DNA of 64,000 nucleotides from an uncultured delta proteobacterium (GTDB lineage: Bacteria > Desulfobacterota > Binatia > UBA9968), in NCBI GenBank assembly GCA_963745835.1, contig CAVUZH010000022.1, forward strand, positions 32,001 to 96,000, written 5' to 3'. This document shows positions 49,352 through 58,594 of this stretch, piece by piece (positions within the stretch are counted from its first letter, which is position 1; every line of letters begins with the position of its first letter). The position numbers were made by a program, and so were the translations under genes. The notes under the pieces are model-generated. The model did not search any database. It saw only the letters and a list, made by a program, of their open reading frames with translations, and had not been told where the DNA came from.

Positions 49352-49430
49352 CGTTCAACAGTTCAACGGGTTCAACCGTTCAACGACTCTTTTCGTCGAC
49401 GGAGGGTGAGCCTTTCTCAACAGCCTGCTC
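49352..49430. repeat. GTTCAAC tandem units followed by a lone right end of the MITE family
   Basis: cgttcaaca gttcaacgg gttcaac cgttcaac; GAGCCTTTCTCAACAGCCTG near 49408-49427. Confidence 0.55.
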
Positions 49431-49503
49431 AGAACAGTCGCACCTTGTTCAGATGGCACAGTCGTGTAATAGTCCGGCCATCACGCTCCGGAGGAGCCGA
49501 GCC

Positions 49504-50466
49504 ATGGAGAGCACAGCCGGAATTGCGCATCATCAACGACCCCGCTTCGCTTACCTGCACCACATCAGTCTACCGTGCCGCGACGTGGAAGAGTCAAAGC
49601 AATTTTATACCCAGGTATTGGGTGGGGAACTCCTCCATGACGTTCCCGGATTCGCCGAGGTATGCATCGCCGACATGATTTTCGGCATGTCTCAGCAGTC
49701 CGGCGGTTGGACGGGGCCAACGGTGGAGTACCCGCATTACGGACTGAATGTCGACGGAAAAAACTTTGCGCTGGCGCGTCGCTGGCTTGAAGCATGCCAG
49801 GTGCCTCAGCACGGCTGGACGCGAAACTACAAAACTGCGCTACTCTATTTTCGCGATCCTTCGGGTAATCTACTCGAGATTTACTGCGACAGCGGCTACG
49901 AAGACATTCGCGCCCTGGCGCTGGGACCGCGCCAGGGCGGGAGACCGCTGCCGTTGGAAGCGCTCCAGTATCAGTGGAACGGTGCCATGGGAAATGCCGC
50001 CGAGCGGCCGCGCATCCACTCCTTCGGTCACCTCAGCATGCCGGTGCGCGACATCGAACAGTCCAAGCGCTTCTTCATCGAGGTGATGGGTGGCGAACCG
50101 ATGGCAACGAGCGATCCAGAGACGTTCACTGAGGTTCGGCTCGCCGGCGCCGTCATCGGCTTATCGACGCGCGGGGGCGTGCCGACCGGGCGCGATGTCG
50201 AATATCCGCATTACGCGTTTTACGCGGACGCCGAGAATTTCCTGCAGATGATCGAGTGGCTCAAATCCCACGGCGTGGTAACACCAGGTCCGTGGACGCG
50301 CGACGGCAAGAAAGGTTTGATGTACTTTCGCGATCCCTCTGGAAACCTGCTCGAAATTTATTGTAGCGGCGATTTTCCGGCAGCGTCAACTTTTCCGCGC
50401 GGCATAAAGCAAGGCGGTAGTTACACTACAGATTACGCCAGTTTGTACTATAACTGGCGCGGCTAG
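49504..50466 (+). CDS. Tandem (duplicated) VOC-domain protein
   Basis: Two repeats of H.S.P.RD.E.SK.F...V.GG / EYPHY / WTR / YFRDPSGNLLEIYC; GGAGGAG upstream. Confidence 0.88.
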   Translation: MESTAGIAHHQRPRFAYLHHISLPCRDVEESKQFYTQVLGGELLHDVPGFAEVCIADMIFGMSQQSGGWTGPTVEYPHYGLNVDGKNFALARRWLEACQVPQHGWTRNYKTALLYFRDPSGNLLEIYCDSGYEDIRALALGPRQGGRPLPLEALQYQWNGAMGNAAERPRIHSFGHLSMPVRDIEQSKRFFIEVMGGEPMATSDPETFTEVRLAGAVIGLSTRGGVPTGRDVEYPHYAFYADAENFLQMIEWLKSHGVVTPGPWTRDGKKGLMYFRDPSGNLLEIYCSGDFPAASTFPRGIKQGGSYTTDYASLYYNWRG

Positions 50467-50827
50467 ATTCGTCGACATGGCTTTAAATTCCGGCTGCTCA
50501 CTCACCCCTGGCAGTGGGAGTGAAGTCCAGTTTGGCGCGCTAACGAAACGATCAGTCGTTCAGAAGGTTTTTTTCCGGTCGTGCCGGTACGTTGAACGTT
50601 GAACAACCTAAGAGCCGATCGCCGAATCGAGAAGTTGCGCAGGTCCTATCAAAATCGGCTGATCTGCTGAGACAAGTAGCGATAACGTCCGTTCCTGGCC
50701 TAAGGTTTGACATGATCGGTGTTTTCCTACATGGAGGAGGGCAGAGAACCGTTCGCGCCGGCGGCAACCAGGAGAGTTTCCCGGATATTGATCCAGAATC
50801 GTAGAACGAAGATCAGGGAGAAGTGAA

Positions 50828-51883
50828 ATGAATCAAAAGAACAATTTATCGAGGTCGATCGGATCCGCAATCTTTATGTCGACGATCGCCTTGGCTCTCA
50901 TTATCTGCGGTGCTTCTGCCGGTAAGCTCTTCGCGGCTGCTGCGGCGGATTCCCTCGATCAACTTTATGAGAAAGCAAAAAAGGAAGGAAAGATTACCCT
51001 TTATGCGCCGCTATCCCCTAACGCGATGTCGGTGATTCCGCCTGCGTTCATGAAGCGCTTTCCCGGCGTGACCGTCGATCATATCGACGCCACGAGCGAT
51101 AAGCTGATCGCACGAGTGCTCGCCGAGCAGAAGGGAGGACGCGTCATTGCCGACGTCATAAGCGGAGCGCTGACCTATTTACCACAAATCCTCGACCTTA
51201 AAATTGTCGAGCAGGTCGTCATACCCGAGGCGGCGGCGTATCCGGCGCAGCTAAAGGGAGACCTTTGGGTCGCCACCGATATGCAATTCTACATTGCCGG
51301 ATGGAACACCAATCTGGTCAAAAAAGGCGAAGAGCCAAAAAGCTACGAGGATCTCGCAAACCCTAAATGGAAAGATAGCATCATGGGCGAGCCGCGCGAT
51401 TACCAAATGCTGGTCGGATTTGCCAAACGAAAATACAATAACGATGAAAAGGCGATCGATTTGTTTAAGAAAATCGCCGCCAATCAAGTGGAGTTTCATC
51501 GAGGGCATTCGCAGTTAACCGAGTTCCTCTTGGCCGGTCAGCGCGCTATCTGTTTTACTTGCTACTCACACCATTTTCCGGTGCGCATAAAAAAAGGCGC
51601 ACCGATTCAACCGCTACTGACGGAAGGCGTGGGTGAAGTCGGTGGCTCAGTGATGGTAATGAAGGGAGCCCCGCATCCCAACGCCGCACTACTCTGGGTT
51701 CGCTGGGCCGTCAGTGAAGAAGGACAAAAGGTTTATGCTCAAGCGGGCGAAACTCCTGCTCATCCCAAAGTGGAACCTCTGGAAAAAATCCGGCCTACAA
51801 CGCCTCACATGCTGACCATCGACGACGTCAGAGAGTTTCCGAGGTACGAGAAAACGTGGAAGGAAATTTTTCAGATTCGTTGA
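50828..51883 (+). CDS. ABC substrate-binding protein (paralog of 902-1894)
   Basis: AKKEGKITLY, PKSYEDLANPKWK, APHPNAALLW..W..SEEGQ. Confidence 0.88.
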   Translation: MNQKNNLSRSIGSAIFMSTIALALIICGASAGKLFAAAAADSLDQLYEKAKKEGKITLYAPLSPNAMSVIPPAFMKRFPGVTVDHIDATSDKLIARVLAEQKGGRVIADVISGALTYLPQILDLKIVEQVVIPEAAAYPAQLKGDLWVATDMQFYIAGWNTNLVKKGEEPKSYEDLANPKWKDSIMGEPRDYQMLVGFAKRKYNNDEKAIDLFKKIAANQVEFHRGHSQLTEFLLAGQRAICFTCYSHHFPVRIKKGAPIQPLLTEGVGEVGGSVMVMKGAPHPNAALLWVRWAVSEEGQKVYAQAGETPAHPKVEPLEKIRPTTPHMLTIDDVREFPRYEKTWKEIFQIR

Positions 51884-51986
51884 AATTCGGGAGCGGTCTT
51901 CCAGCTGACCAGCCGCGGCAACGTAAGGCAACCACTACAATGAAAACTACCGCCCACTTGCGCCAGATACTACCCGACCCCTGGAG

Positions 51987-52976
51987 ATGGGCATGCTGCG
52001 CTTGACCTTGGCCGCGGGCCACTATGATCGGACAGAGGCGCTCCGCGACGGTCGGGTCAAGGCAGAGGGCATCGACTTGACCTACATCATGCTGCGCGTA
52101 GAGGAAATTTTCTGGCGCATGGCTCAGCACCGGGAGTTCGACGCCTCGGAGTTCTCCCTGGGCGGGTATGTAGTGCGCCGCGGGCGGGGAGTAGACGACC
52201 TGGTCGCGATCCCGGTTTTTCCGTCGCGCTTCTTCCGGCAGTCGTGCATCTTCATCCACGAGGGCTCGGCAATCCGCGGCCCGGAGGACCTTCGTGGCAA
52301 GCGGATCGGCGTACCCGAGTACCAGATGACCGCCGCGGTGTGGGCGCGCGGCATCCTGGCAGACGACTACGGGGTGCGCGCGGCCGATGTTGAATGGGTC
52401 CAGGGCGGGCTCGAGGAGCCCGGTCGTATTCCCTTTGAGCCCGCCGAGCCGGCGGGAGTCACGGTGGGCTTCGCGCCCGCGGACCGCTCGCTGGCGCAAA
52501 TGCTCGAGAGCGGAGAGATCGACGCGCTGGTCACGGCCAGGACGCCCTCGACGTATCGCCGTGATGGTACGGCGGTGCGTCGGCTCTTCGAGCACCCGTT
52601 CGAGGTCGAGCGCGCCTATTTCCGCCGGACCGGGATTTTTCCCATCATGCACACCCTGGTGGTCAAGAAAGAGATCCTCGATGCCAATCCCTGGGTGGCA
52701 TTTACCTTGTTCAAGGCGTTCTCGGAGGCCAAGGATCTGGCGATGGCCGACCTGACCCAGACAAGCGCTCTGCCACTCAGTCTACCGTTCCTGGTCGAGC
52801 ACGCCTACCAGACCATGGACCTTATGACCGAAGATTTCTGGCCCTACGGGCTTAAGAGCAATCGGCGCACGCTCGAGACGTTCGTGCGCTACATGCACGA
52901 GCAAGGACTCATTCCTGAGCCGATGCCGGTCGAAACCCTTTTCCCCGACAGCACGCAGCGGACTTTCAGGGTATGA
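51987..52976 (+). CDS. 4,5-dihydroxyphthalate decarboxylase-like protein (second paralog)
   Basis: YDRTEALRDG, FDASEFSLGGY, IPVFPSRFFRQS, GVPEYQMTAAVW, FPIMH, FWPYG. Confidence 0.85.
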   Translation: MGMLRLTLAAGHYDRTEALRDGRVKAEGIDLTYIMLRVEEIFWRMAQHREFDASEFSLGGYVVRRGRGVDDLVAIPVFPSRFFRQSCIFIHEGSAIRGPEDLRGKRIGVPEYQMTAAVWARGILADDYGVRAADVEWVQGGLEEPGRIPFEPAEPAGVTVGFAPADRSLAQMLESGEIDALVTARTPSTYRRDGTAVRRLFEHPFEVERAYFRRTGIFPIMHTLVVKKEILDANPWVAFTLFKAFSEAKDLAMADLTQTSALPLSLPFLVEHAYQTMDLMTEDFWPYGLKSNRRTLETFVRYMHEQGLIPEPMPVETLFPDSTQRTFRV

Positions 52977-53123
52977 CAGAAGCGGGAAGCCAATTGAGGT
53001 CTGACTTTGGAGTCTCCGTTTTTCTTTTGCGACGGTGAGACGACGCCCTCAAACGGATGGAGGAGTGAAGCGGTGAGAAAGTGTGATTGCAGAACCAATT
53101 CAGAGCCGACTTGCTGTTCCTCA

Positions 53124-53291
53124 TCACTTCCGCTCACTGATTTCGAATCCCACGCTGCGTAGCAACGTGACTGTCTCTTCTTCGGTCAGGGTGCGCCCAA
53201 CCTTCTCGTGCTCCCTGATCAGATGCGGCATCATGTCGGGCTTGAGCTCCATCCAATCCGGCACCTTGGCAATTGTGACACCCTCTTCCAT
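53124..53291 (-). CDS. Small hypothetical protein (55 aa), below the ORF-track cutoff
   Basis: GGAGG RBS; MEEGVTIAKVPDWMELKPDMMPHLIREHEKVGRTLTEEETVTLLRSVGFEISERK, followed by TGA TGA. Confidence 0.55.
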   Translation of the reverse strand: MEEGVTIAKVPDWMELKPDMMPHLIREHEKVGRTLTEEETVTLLRSVGFEISERK

Positions 53292-53471
53292 TGTCGCCCC
53301 TCCGATTTCGGCCCAACCGATAAACTGTCTATTTGTCGCACGGCTAGGCGTTTAACTCAGCGCTAAGATTGCTTCTGCTTTCCTATCGAACGGCTCTCCC
53401 GAACTTCTAAGCCCTTGTATGGTGTCCGTCAAATCCCGGCTATGTCAATCTGACGCCGAGACCGTGACCGA

Positions 53472-53822
53472 GGTCTCAGTCCGTGGAGGCACCGCTTTGC
53501 TCATCGGCATCACGCCGCCTGGCGCCCAAGCGATCCTGGATACCAGCCTGTTCATCGGCAGCCGGAGCTTCACCCGCACGAGCGGCGGATACTGCCGACC
53601 GGATCGCGACTTCCCGTTGTTCGTCCGCTGGTATCGCGACGGCAAGCTGAAGTTAGATGAGTGTGACCCGGCGATACGCCTTGGATCAGATCAATGAAGC
53701 GGTTGACGATTTGGAACACGGCCGAATCCTCGGCCGCGCGATTATCACGTACGCATAGACCGCATCGCACGAATCGAACGCCACATCGTGATTCAACGAT
53801 GTTGCAATGCAAGACGGACCCC
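53472..53822 (+). pseudogene. Diverged, frameshifted duplicate of the 3' end and downstream flank of the Zn-ADH gene (48329-48682)
   Basis: GGTALLIGITPPGAQA.LDTSLFIGSRSFTRTSGG.CRPDRDFPLFVRWYR shared; indel at GATGAG(CTG/T)GTGACC. Confidence 0.9.
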
Positions 53823-53916
53823 GCATCCGACCCCTTCGCGCCCTTTAGTTCACCTCTACGCCTAGTTCATCCAAGTCTTGCGTTCTGATTTCCTCACCCC
53901 TTCCTCTCGCGACTCA

Positions 53917-55059
53917 TTACGTAACAGTGAGTCCGTAAAAACGCGCTGTGTTATCGACGAGCAGCTTTCGCTTGCTCGCCTCGCTGATATCTTCTCGCTT
54001 GAGAAAGACATCGACCGCGCCGTAGAGCCGATCGCCGTGCGGGATGTCGGAGCCGTACACCCAGCACTCGTCGCCGAACTCTTCGATGGCGAAGGGCAGG
54101 AGTTTTTCGTCAACCTCGAAGCCAAAGTAAATCTGGCCGCGCTCGATGTATTCTTTGGGGAGATGCTTACCAGTATAGCCGCGGTGAAAATCGACTCCGG
54201 CACGCGCGCCGGGAAAGCCGCTGTATTCTTCGATACGCTCCGCTAGCGCCGGGACCCAGGAGCAACCCGCTTCGAGAAAGGCAATCCGCAAATTCGGATA
54301 GCGATCGGCGATCCCTTTCGAGATCACGCGGTGAAAGGCGAACTGCACGGTCAGCCAAAAGGATATTGCCGTCTTGTCGTGATGCGTGTCGTTCACCTCG
54401 CCCAGCGCGCGAAAGCTGTGTCCAGTATGCACCGCCACCGGAAGCCCGCTGTCGTTGGCAGCGGCCCAGATCGGCTCCATGGGCGGATCGTCGATGCGCA
54501 CATCGCCCGTAACGCCGAGCAGCATCACGGCCACCGCTCCCAGTTGCTTGCCGCGCTCGATTTCGCGAACCGATGCCTGCGGATCGACCGGATCGATAAT
54601 CGTGACCCACTTTAAACGGTCGGGACATTGGCTGGCGAGATCGGCGACCCAGCTGTTGTAGGCGCGCATCATGGCCACGGCCAACTGCCGATCGTACGTG
54701 ATTGGATAGGAGAGAAACATCGTGGGATAGATCACCTGAATTTCGGTATTCTCCCGATCCAATTGTTCAAGACGAGCTTTGACCGAGCGCATCTCGGCGC
54801 TTTCGACCGGGTCATGAGGACTGATCCCCGGAGTGACTTTCGCCGCGAGGCCATTCTTGCTCAATGGAAAGCCGGCTTGCTGATAGGGCCCGCTTCGCAC
54901 GGGAAAGGAGCGGGTATCGACCATCCAGTAGAGCGGGCCCTCCGAGCCAGTCTCGATGATGGTTGGTCTTCGGTCCTTCAGTTTAGGATCCCAGTATTTG
55001 TCGGAAAACGTAACTTCCGATTCCGATACATGTCCATCCGCGTCCCACGCCTTAATCAT
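53917..55059 (-). CDS. Amidohydrolase_2 family protein
   Basis: DADGH, QVIYPT, RAYNSW, PVAVH, AFLEAGCSW, YGSDIPHGD, DNTARFY. Confidence 0.9.
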   Translation of the reverse strand: MIKAWDADGHVSESEVTFSDKYWDPKLKDRRPTIIETGSEGPLYWMVDTRSFPVRSGPYQQAGFPLSKNGLAAKVTPGISPHDPVESAEMRSVKARLEQLDRENTEIQVIYPTMFLSYPITYDRQLAVAMMRAYNSWVADLASQCPDRLKWVTIIDPVDPQASVREIERGKQLGAVAVMLLGVTGDVRIDDPPMEPIWAAANDSGLPVAVHTGHSFRALGEVNDTHHDKTAISFWLTVQFAFHRVISKGIADRYPNLRIAFLEAGCSWVPALAERIEEYSGFPGARAGVDFHRGYTGKHLPKEYIERGQIYFGFEVDEKLLPFAIEEFGDECWVYGSDIPHGDRLYGAVDVFLKREDISEASKRKLLVDNTARFYGLTVT

Positions 55060-55419
55060 GTGTGCGCCTCTTCATCCAAATTGGTCCTGCAAAAACATTT
55101 CTATGCTAGCTGTACAACGCGCGCTCGTGTGTCTCAAGCTTCGGAAAGTGACACGATTCGCGATTATCTCACTATATCTGGTTGCTTTATCTGGTTGCTT
55201 TCGCTCGCCGCCCCAGAAGCTGCTTCCAATAGCAAGGCTATGCGTACAATCGCGAGCGGAATGTGCGATCCTGGAACTATTCACCTAGTGCCCCGGAGTG
55301 TCCTCCGGAGTCGACATTGGCCGATCCTTTTTTGTGTAGAAAACGATGGTTCGGTTTCAAGGGGGCAAAATCAAAAGCGGCATCAAAAAACTCTTGAAGG
55401 AAGGCAAGCCTGTAAGGGC

Positions 55420-55526
55420 AGCAATACTGCGCGATATCCAGCGGTAAAAAACACATTGCCAGCGCGTTGCTGCGCTGGTCAGATGATAAATCGCACTAGC
55501 AATTCAAGTCGGAGCGGTCTCGTCAT
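55420..55526 (-). pseudogene. Degraded N-terminus of a Y1 (HUH, RAYT/IS200-like) transposase; left limit approximate
   Basis: AAAGGA RBS, ATG at 55526; reads MTRPLRLE(F)ASAIYHLTS(RG)NA.. across frameshifts, matching the MARPLRIEF.GA.YHVTSRGN start of this family. Confidence 0.7.
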
Positions 55527-55551
55527 AACGGAGTTCCTTTCATCAGGACTG

Positions 55552-55576
55552 ATGTGGCACTACAAGACCTGGCCCC
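55552..55576. repeat. ~25-bp end motif next to the Y1 transposase start
   Basis: ATGTGGCACTACAAGACCTGGCCCC; relatives at 48658-48682, 53799-53822 and (minus strand) 63192-63214. Confidence 0.65.
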
Positions 55577-55794
55577 AGAGTCCCCTTGGTTTGCGGGCGA
55601 TCTTTTTCAGCGCTCAAGGAAATTTAGTTTATAAACTTCTGTTAAGCCTGTTGTCGTAGTCGTGAAGACCGACATTGCTTCACCATCCTATTGGTTTAGT
55701 TAAATAAAATTAATGTAAGAATAAAAACTGTGTACGGCATTGTGCAAGAGAATTTAAGTTGGTCAAAATTTAATATTACTAATATAAATTTCTC

Positions 55795-55811
55795 CTTCAG
55801 GTTCCCTTCAG
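55795..55811 (+). promoter_or_regulatory. PmrA/QseB-type response regulator box
   Basis: CTTCAG-N5-CTTCAG direct repeat in the AT-rich region upstream of the operon that encodes a QseB/PmrA-like regulator. Confidence 0.65.
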
Positions 55812-55851
55812 GTTTAAAAGCAACGCTTGAGTATAACTTAAGGAGTCTGCG

Positions 55852-56544
55852 TTGCTTAAGCTGAAGCTAAACGAGAACGATCTTTATACGGCAAATCTTT
55901 ACCTGCGGCCTGATTCGGTGGCGCGGATTAGCAAGCTGATGCCTACCGCCATCGATATCACCGCGCGGTGTCAGCCTGAGCGGGGACGGGTGGAGGCATT
56001 TATACGGGCAGTTTATGTCCGAGCCTACAAGGCCGATATTGCCGTATCCTACCCCATATTGATGAGCGTTCGGGATGCCGGCGGTACAATTCTGGCGGCG
56101 GCCGGGTTTCGTTACGCCAAAGAAGAGCCGCTGTTTCTTGAAAACTACACCGGCGCGCCAATTGAACAAGTTCTGCGTACCCCGCGGGAGCGGATTGCCG
56201 AGATCGGCAATCTTGCTTCCGCCGGTGGCGGGGCGTCGATCTTCCTGTTCGCAGCGCTGGCCTCGTATCTCAATTTCAATGGCATCGACTATGCCACCGT
56301 AACCGGCACGGATTACCTGCACCGAACGTTTAAAAAGCTTGGCCTCAACCCGCAAAAAATCTGCGACGCCTCGCTCGAAGCCGTTCAAAGCGACGGCCAG
56401 AACTGGGGAAGTTATTACGACACCAGGCCGCGCGTGTTGGCCGGGTCGGTCCCGCACAGCGTTTCGCGGCTGAAGAAAGCGCTGGGGGCGGAGTACCAGG
56501 ATTGCCGCCCGCGCCTGTTCCCGCGCCTGCATTACAGGACATAG
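55852..56544 (+). CDS. 'Thermostable hemolysin' family protein (GNAT/acyltransferase-like fold)
   Basis: FIRAVY..AY.A, AAAGFRYA..EPLFLENY, IAEIGNLAS, WGSYYDTRPRV.AG; AAGGAG RBS before TTG. Confidence 0.85.
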   Translation: MLKLKLNENDLYTANLYLRPDSVARISKLMPTAIDITARCQPERGRVEAFIRAVYVRAYKADIAVSYPILMSVRDAGGTILAAAGFRYAKEEPLFLENYTGAPIEQVLRTPRERIAEIGNLASAGGGASIFLFAALASYLNFNGIDYATVTGTDYLHRTFKKLGLNPQKICDASLEAVQSDGQNWGSYYDTRPRVLAGSVPHSVSRLKKALGAEYQDCRPRLFPRLHYRT

Positions 56545-56547
56545 GAT

Positions 56548-57945
56548 ATGAGCATTATACTTGAAGCCATAAGCAGGCATAAGCCTGATAAAATCGCGCT
56601 GATCGGTGATGACCAGACGCTTACCTATAAAGAGCTGGCGGCGGCGGTTGACGATATTGCCCTTGGACTTGATTCCGTGAAGGTCTTGGGGCTGGCGCTT
56701 GAGAACGGTATCGAATGGGTTTTGTGGGATCTCGCTGCCATAAGAGCGGGAATTGTTTGCGTACCGCTGCCGCCCTTTTTCTCGGCGGAGCAGCGCGATT
56801 ACGTTATTAAGGCTGCCGGGATCAGCCATATCGTAACAGCGGAAGGCATCAGCAACACCGATGCCGCTTATACAAATTCAATTCCTTCCGGCACGGCAAA
56901 AATCACCTTTACTTCCGGTACGACGGGCACACCCAAGGGAGTCTGCCTGTCGAAGGCGGCAATGGACCGGGTGGCGCTGAGTCTGGTCAATACGCTGGGT
57001 GCCGAGATTGCCGCGCGACATTTGTCGGTGCTGCCGCTTTCGGTTCTGCTTGAAAATATTGCGGGGGTTCATGCGACCTTGCTGGCAGCAGGCACTGCCC
57101 ATGTTTGCAGTCCCGGTCATATCGGCATGGGCGATCCGTTTAAGCCCGATTTCGTCCAGCTCGCCCACGCCATAAGCACAGATAAAATTACCGCAGCGAT
57201 CTTGGTGCCGGAACTGCTGCGCGGCCTGATGCAGGCGGTTGCCGGAACGAAGCTTTCTTTGCCCTGCCTTAAATTCCTCGCGGTCGGCGGTTCACGGGTT
57301 GCGCCTGAGCTTGTAACGCAGGCGCGGGCGCTGGGCCTGCCGGTTTATGAAGGCTACGGGCTTTCGGAATGTGCCTCGGTGGTGGCGCTGAATACGCCGG
57401 GGCAGGACAGGCCGGGCACAGTCGGCAGGGTTTTGTCGCATATTGATCTTGCCGTGAAAGACGGTGAAGTCGTCGTTCGCAATCCGGCATTTCTCGGCTA
57501 TCTCGGCAGTCCGCATAAAGGTGAATTTAAAACCGGCGATCTTGGTCACATCGATGAAAATGGCTTTTTGCATATCGAAGGCCGCTGCAAAAATGTTCTG
57601 ATTACTTCTTACGGTCGCAATATCGCGCCGGAGTGGATCGAGAGCCATTTGCTCGCAAGGCCGGAAATCCAGCAGGCCGTCGTTTATGGCGACGCCCGGC
57701 CTTATCTGAGCGCCCTGATCGTATCTGCAACCGAAACAGCCGATATCACGCAGGCCGTGGAAACGGCTAGCAAGGTCCTGCCGGAATACGCGCAGGTCAA
57801 AGACTTTCATCTGGTGCCACCCTTTACGATGCACGACGGCACACTGACCGGCACGGGAAGACCGCGCCGCAAGGCTATTTTCGCCAAGTACCAATCACTT
57901 ATTGCCAAGGAGAGTAACGATGAGCTTCTACGAACGGCTGGTTAA
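56548..57945 (+). CDS. AMP-binding enzyme (acyl-CoA synthetase / adenylation domain)
   Basis: KITFTSGTTGTPKG, YEGYGLSE, FKTGD, GRNIAPEWIE. Confidence 0.92.
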   Translation: MSIILEAISRHKPDKIALIGDDQTLTYKELAAAVDDIALGLDSVKVLGLALENGIEWVLWDLAAIRAGIVCVPLPPFFSAEQRDYVIKAAGISHIVTAEGISNTDAAYTNSIPSGTAKITFTSGTTGTPKGVCLSKAAMDRVALSLVNTLGAEIAARHLSVLPLSVLLENIAGVHATLLAAGTAHVCSPGHIGMGDPFKPDFVQLAHAISTDKITAAILVPELLRGLMQAVAGTKLSLPCLKFLAVGGSRVAPELVTQARALGLPVYEGYGLSECASVVALNTPGQDRPGTVGRVLSHIDLAVKDGEVVVRNPAFLGYLGSPHKGEFKTGDLGHIDENGFLHIEGRCKNVLITSYGRNIAPEWIESHLLARPEIQQAVVYGDARPYLSALIVSATETADITQAVETASKVLPEYAQVKDFHLVPPFTMHDGTLTGTGRPRRKAIFAKYQSLIAKESNDELLRTAG

Positions 57946-58594
57946 AGAAACCGAAGCGCAGCGACAGGTGCTCTACAACGTCTCGCAGCTTCAGGACGGG
58001 CTGCGCGGCGAGATCGATGTCGACAGCTATATTGCTTACCTGACGCAGGCCTATCATCACGTCAAACACACAGTGCCTTACCTGATGGCGATGGGCGCAC
58101 GGCTGCCCGAAAGCAAGAAATGGCTGCAAGGAGCGATCATCGAATATCTGGAAGAAGAAGTCGGGCATGAGGAGTGGATTCTCAATGACATTGAGGCCGC
58201 AGGCGGCAGCAAGGAAGAGGCGCGCAACGCGACCCCGCATTTGGCCACGCAGGTGATGGTTGCCTACAACTATGATTACATTGTCCGCAAAAACCCGGTC
58301 GGGTTCCTAGGTATGGTTTTCATGCTGGAGAGCACCAGCACCCAGATCGCGACGCATGGCGCAGATGCCGTGAAAAACGGACTGGGCCTGCCCGACAGTG
58401 CCTTTTCCTACCTTTACTCGCACGGGGCGCTCGATCAAAAGCATATGAAATTCTTTGAAAGCCTGATGGCAAAAATCGACGACCCGGCGGACCAGGCAGC
58501 GATTATCGAAGTTGCGCAAAATACGTTTTTGCTTTTTGCCGACGTGTTTCGGTCTATCCCGCACAAGGGCGAGGAAGAGCGTGATGCGGCTTAA
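57920..58594 (+). CDS. Heme-oxygenase-like (TenA/PqqC-fold) iron-containing redox enzyme
   Basis: YLTQAYHHVKHT, EEEVGHEEW, MLESTS, HGALDQKH candidate metal ligands; AAGGAG RBS. Confidence 0.85.
   Translation: MSFYERLVKETEAQRQVLYNVSQLQDGLRGEIDVDSYIAYLTQAYHHVKHTVPYLMAMGARLPESKKWLQGAIIEYLEEEVGHEEWILNDIEAAGGSKEEARNATPHLATQVMVAYNYDYIVRKNPVGFLGMVFMLESTSTQIATHGADAVKNGLGLPDSAFSYLYSHGALDQKHMKFFESLMAKIDDPADQAAIIEVAQNTFLLFADVFRSIPHKGEEERDAA

Noticed and set aside
54628-55659. 343-aa plus-strand ORF
   Set aside because: Antisense to the amidohydrolase and the transposase remnant, with no recognisable motif; a shadow ORF, like 26931-27863, 55867-56829, 59419-60168 and 51828-52652.
55852-56544. Virulence toxin (hemolysin)
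   Set aside because: The family name is historical; no signal peptide, and the operon context points to a biosynthetic transferase.
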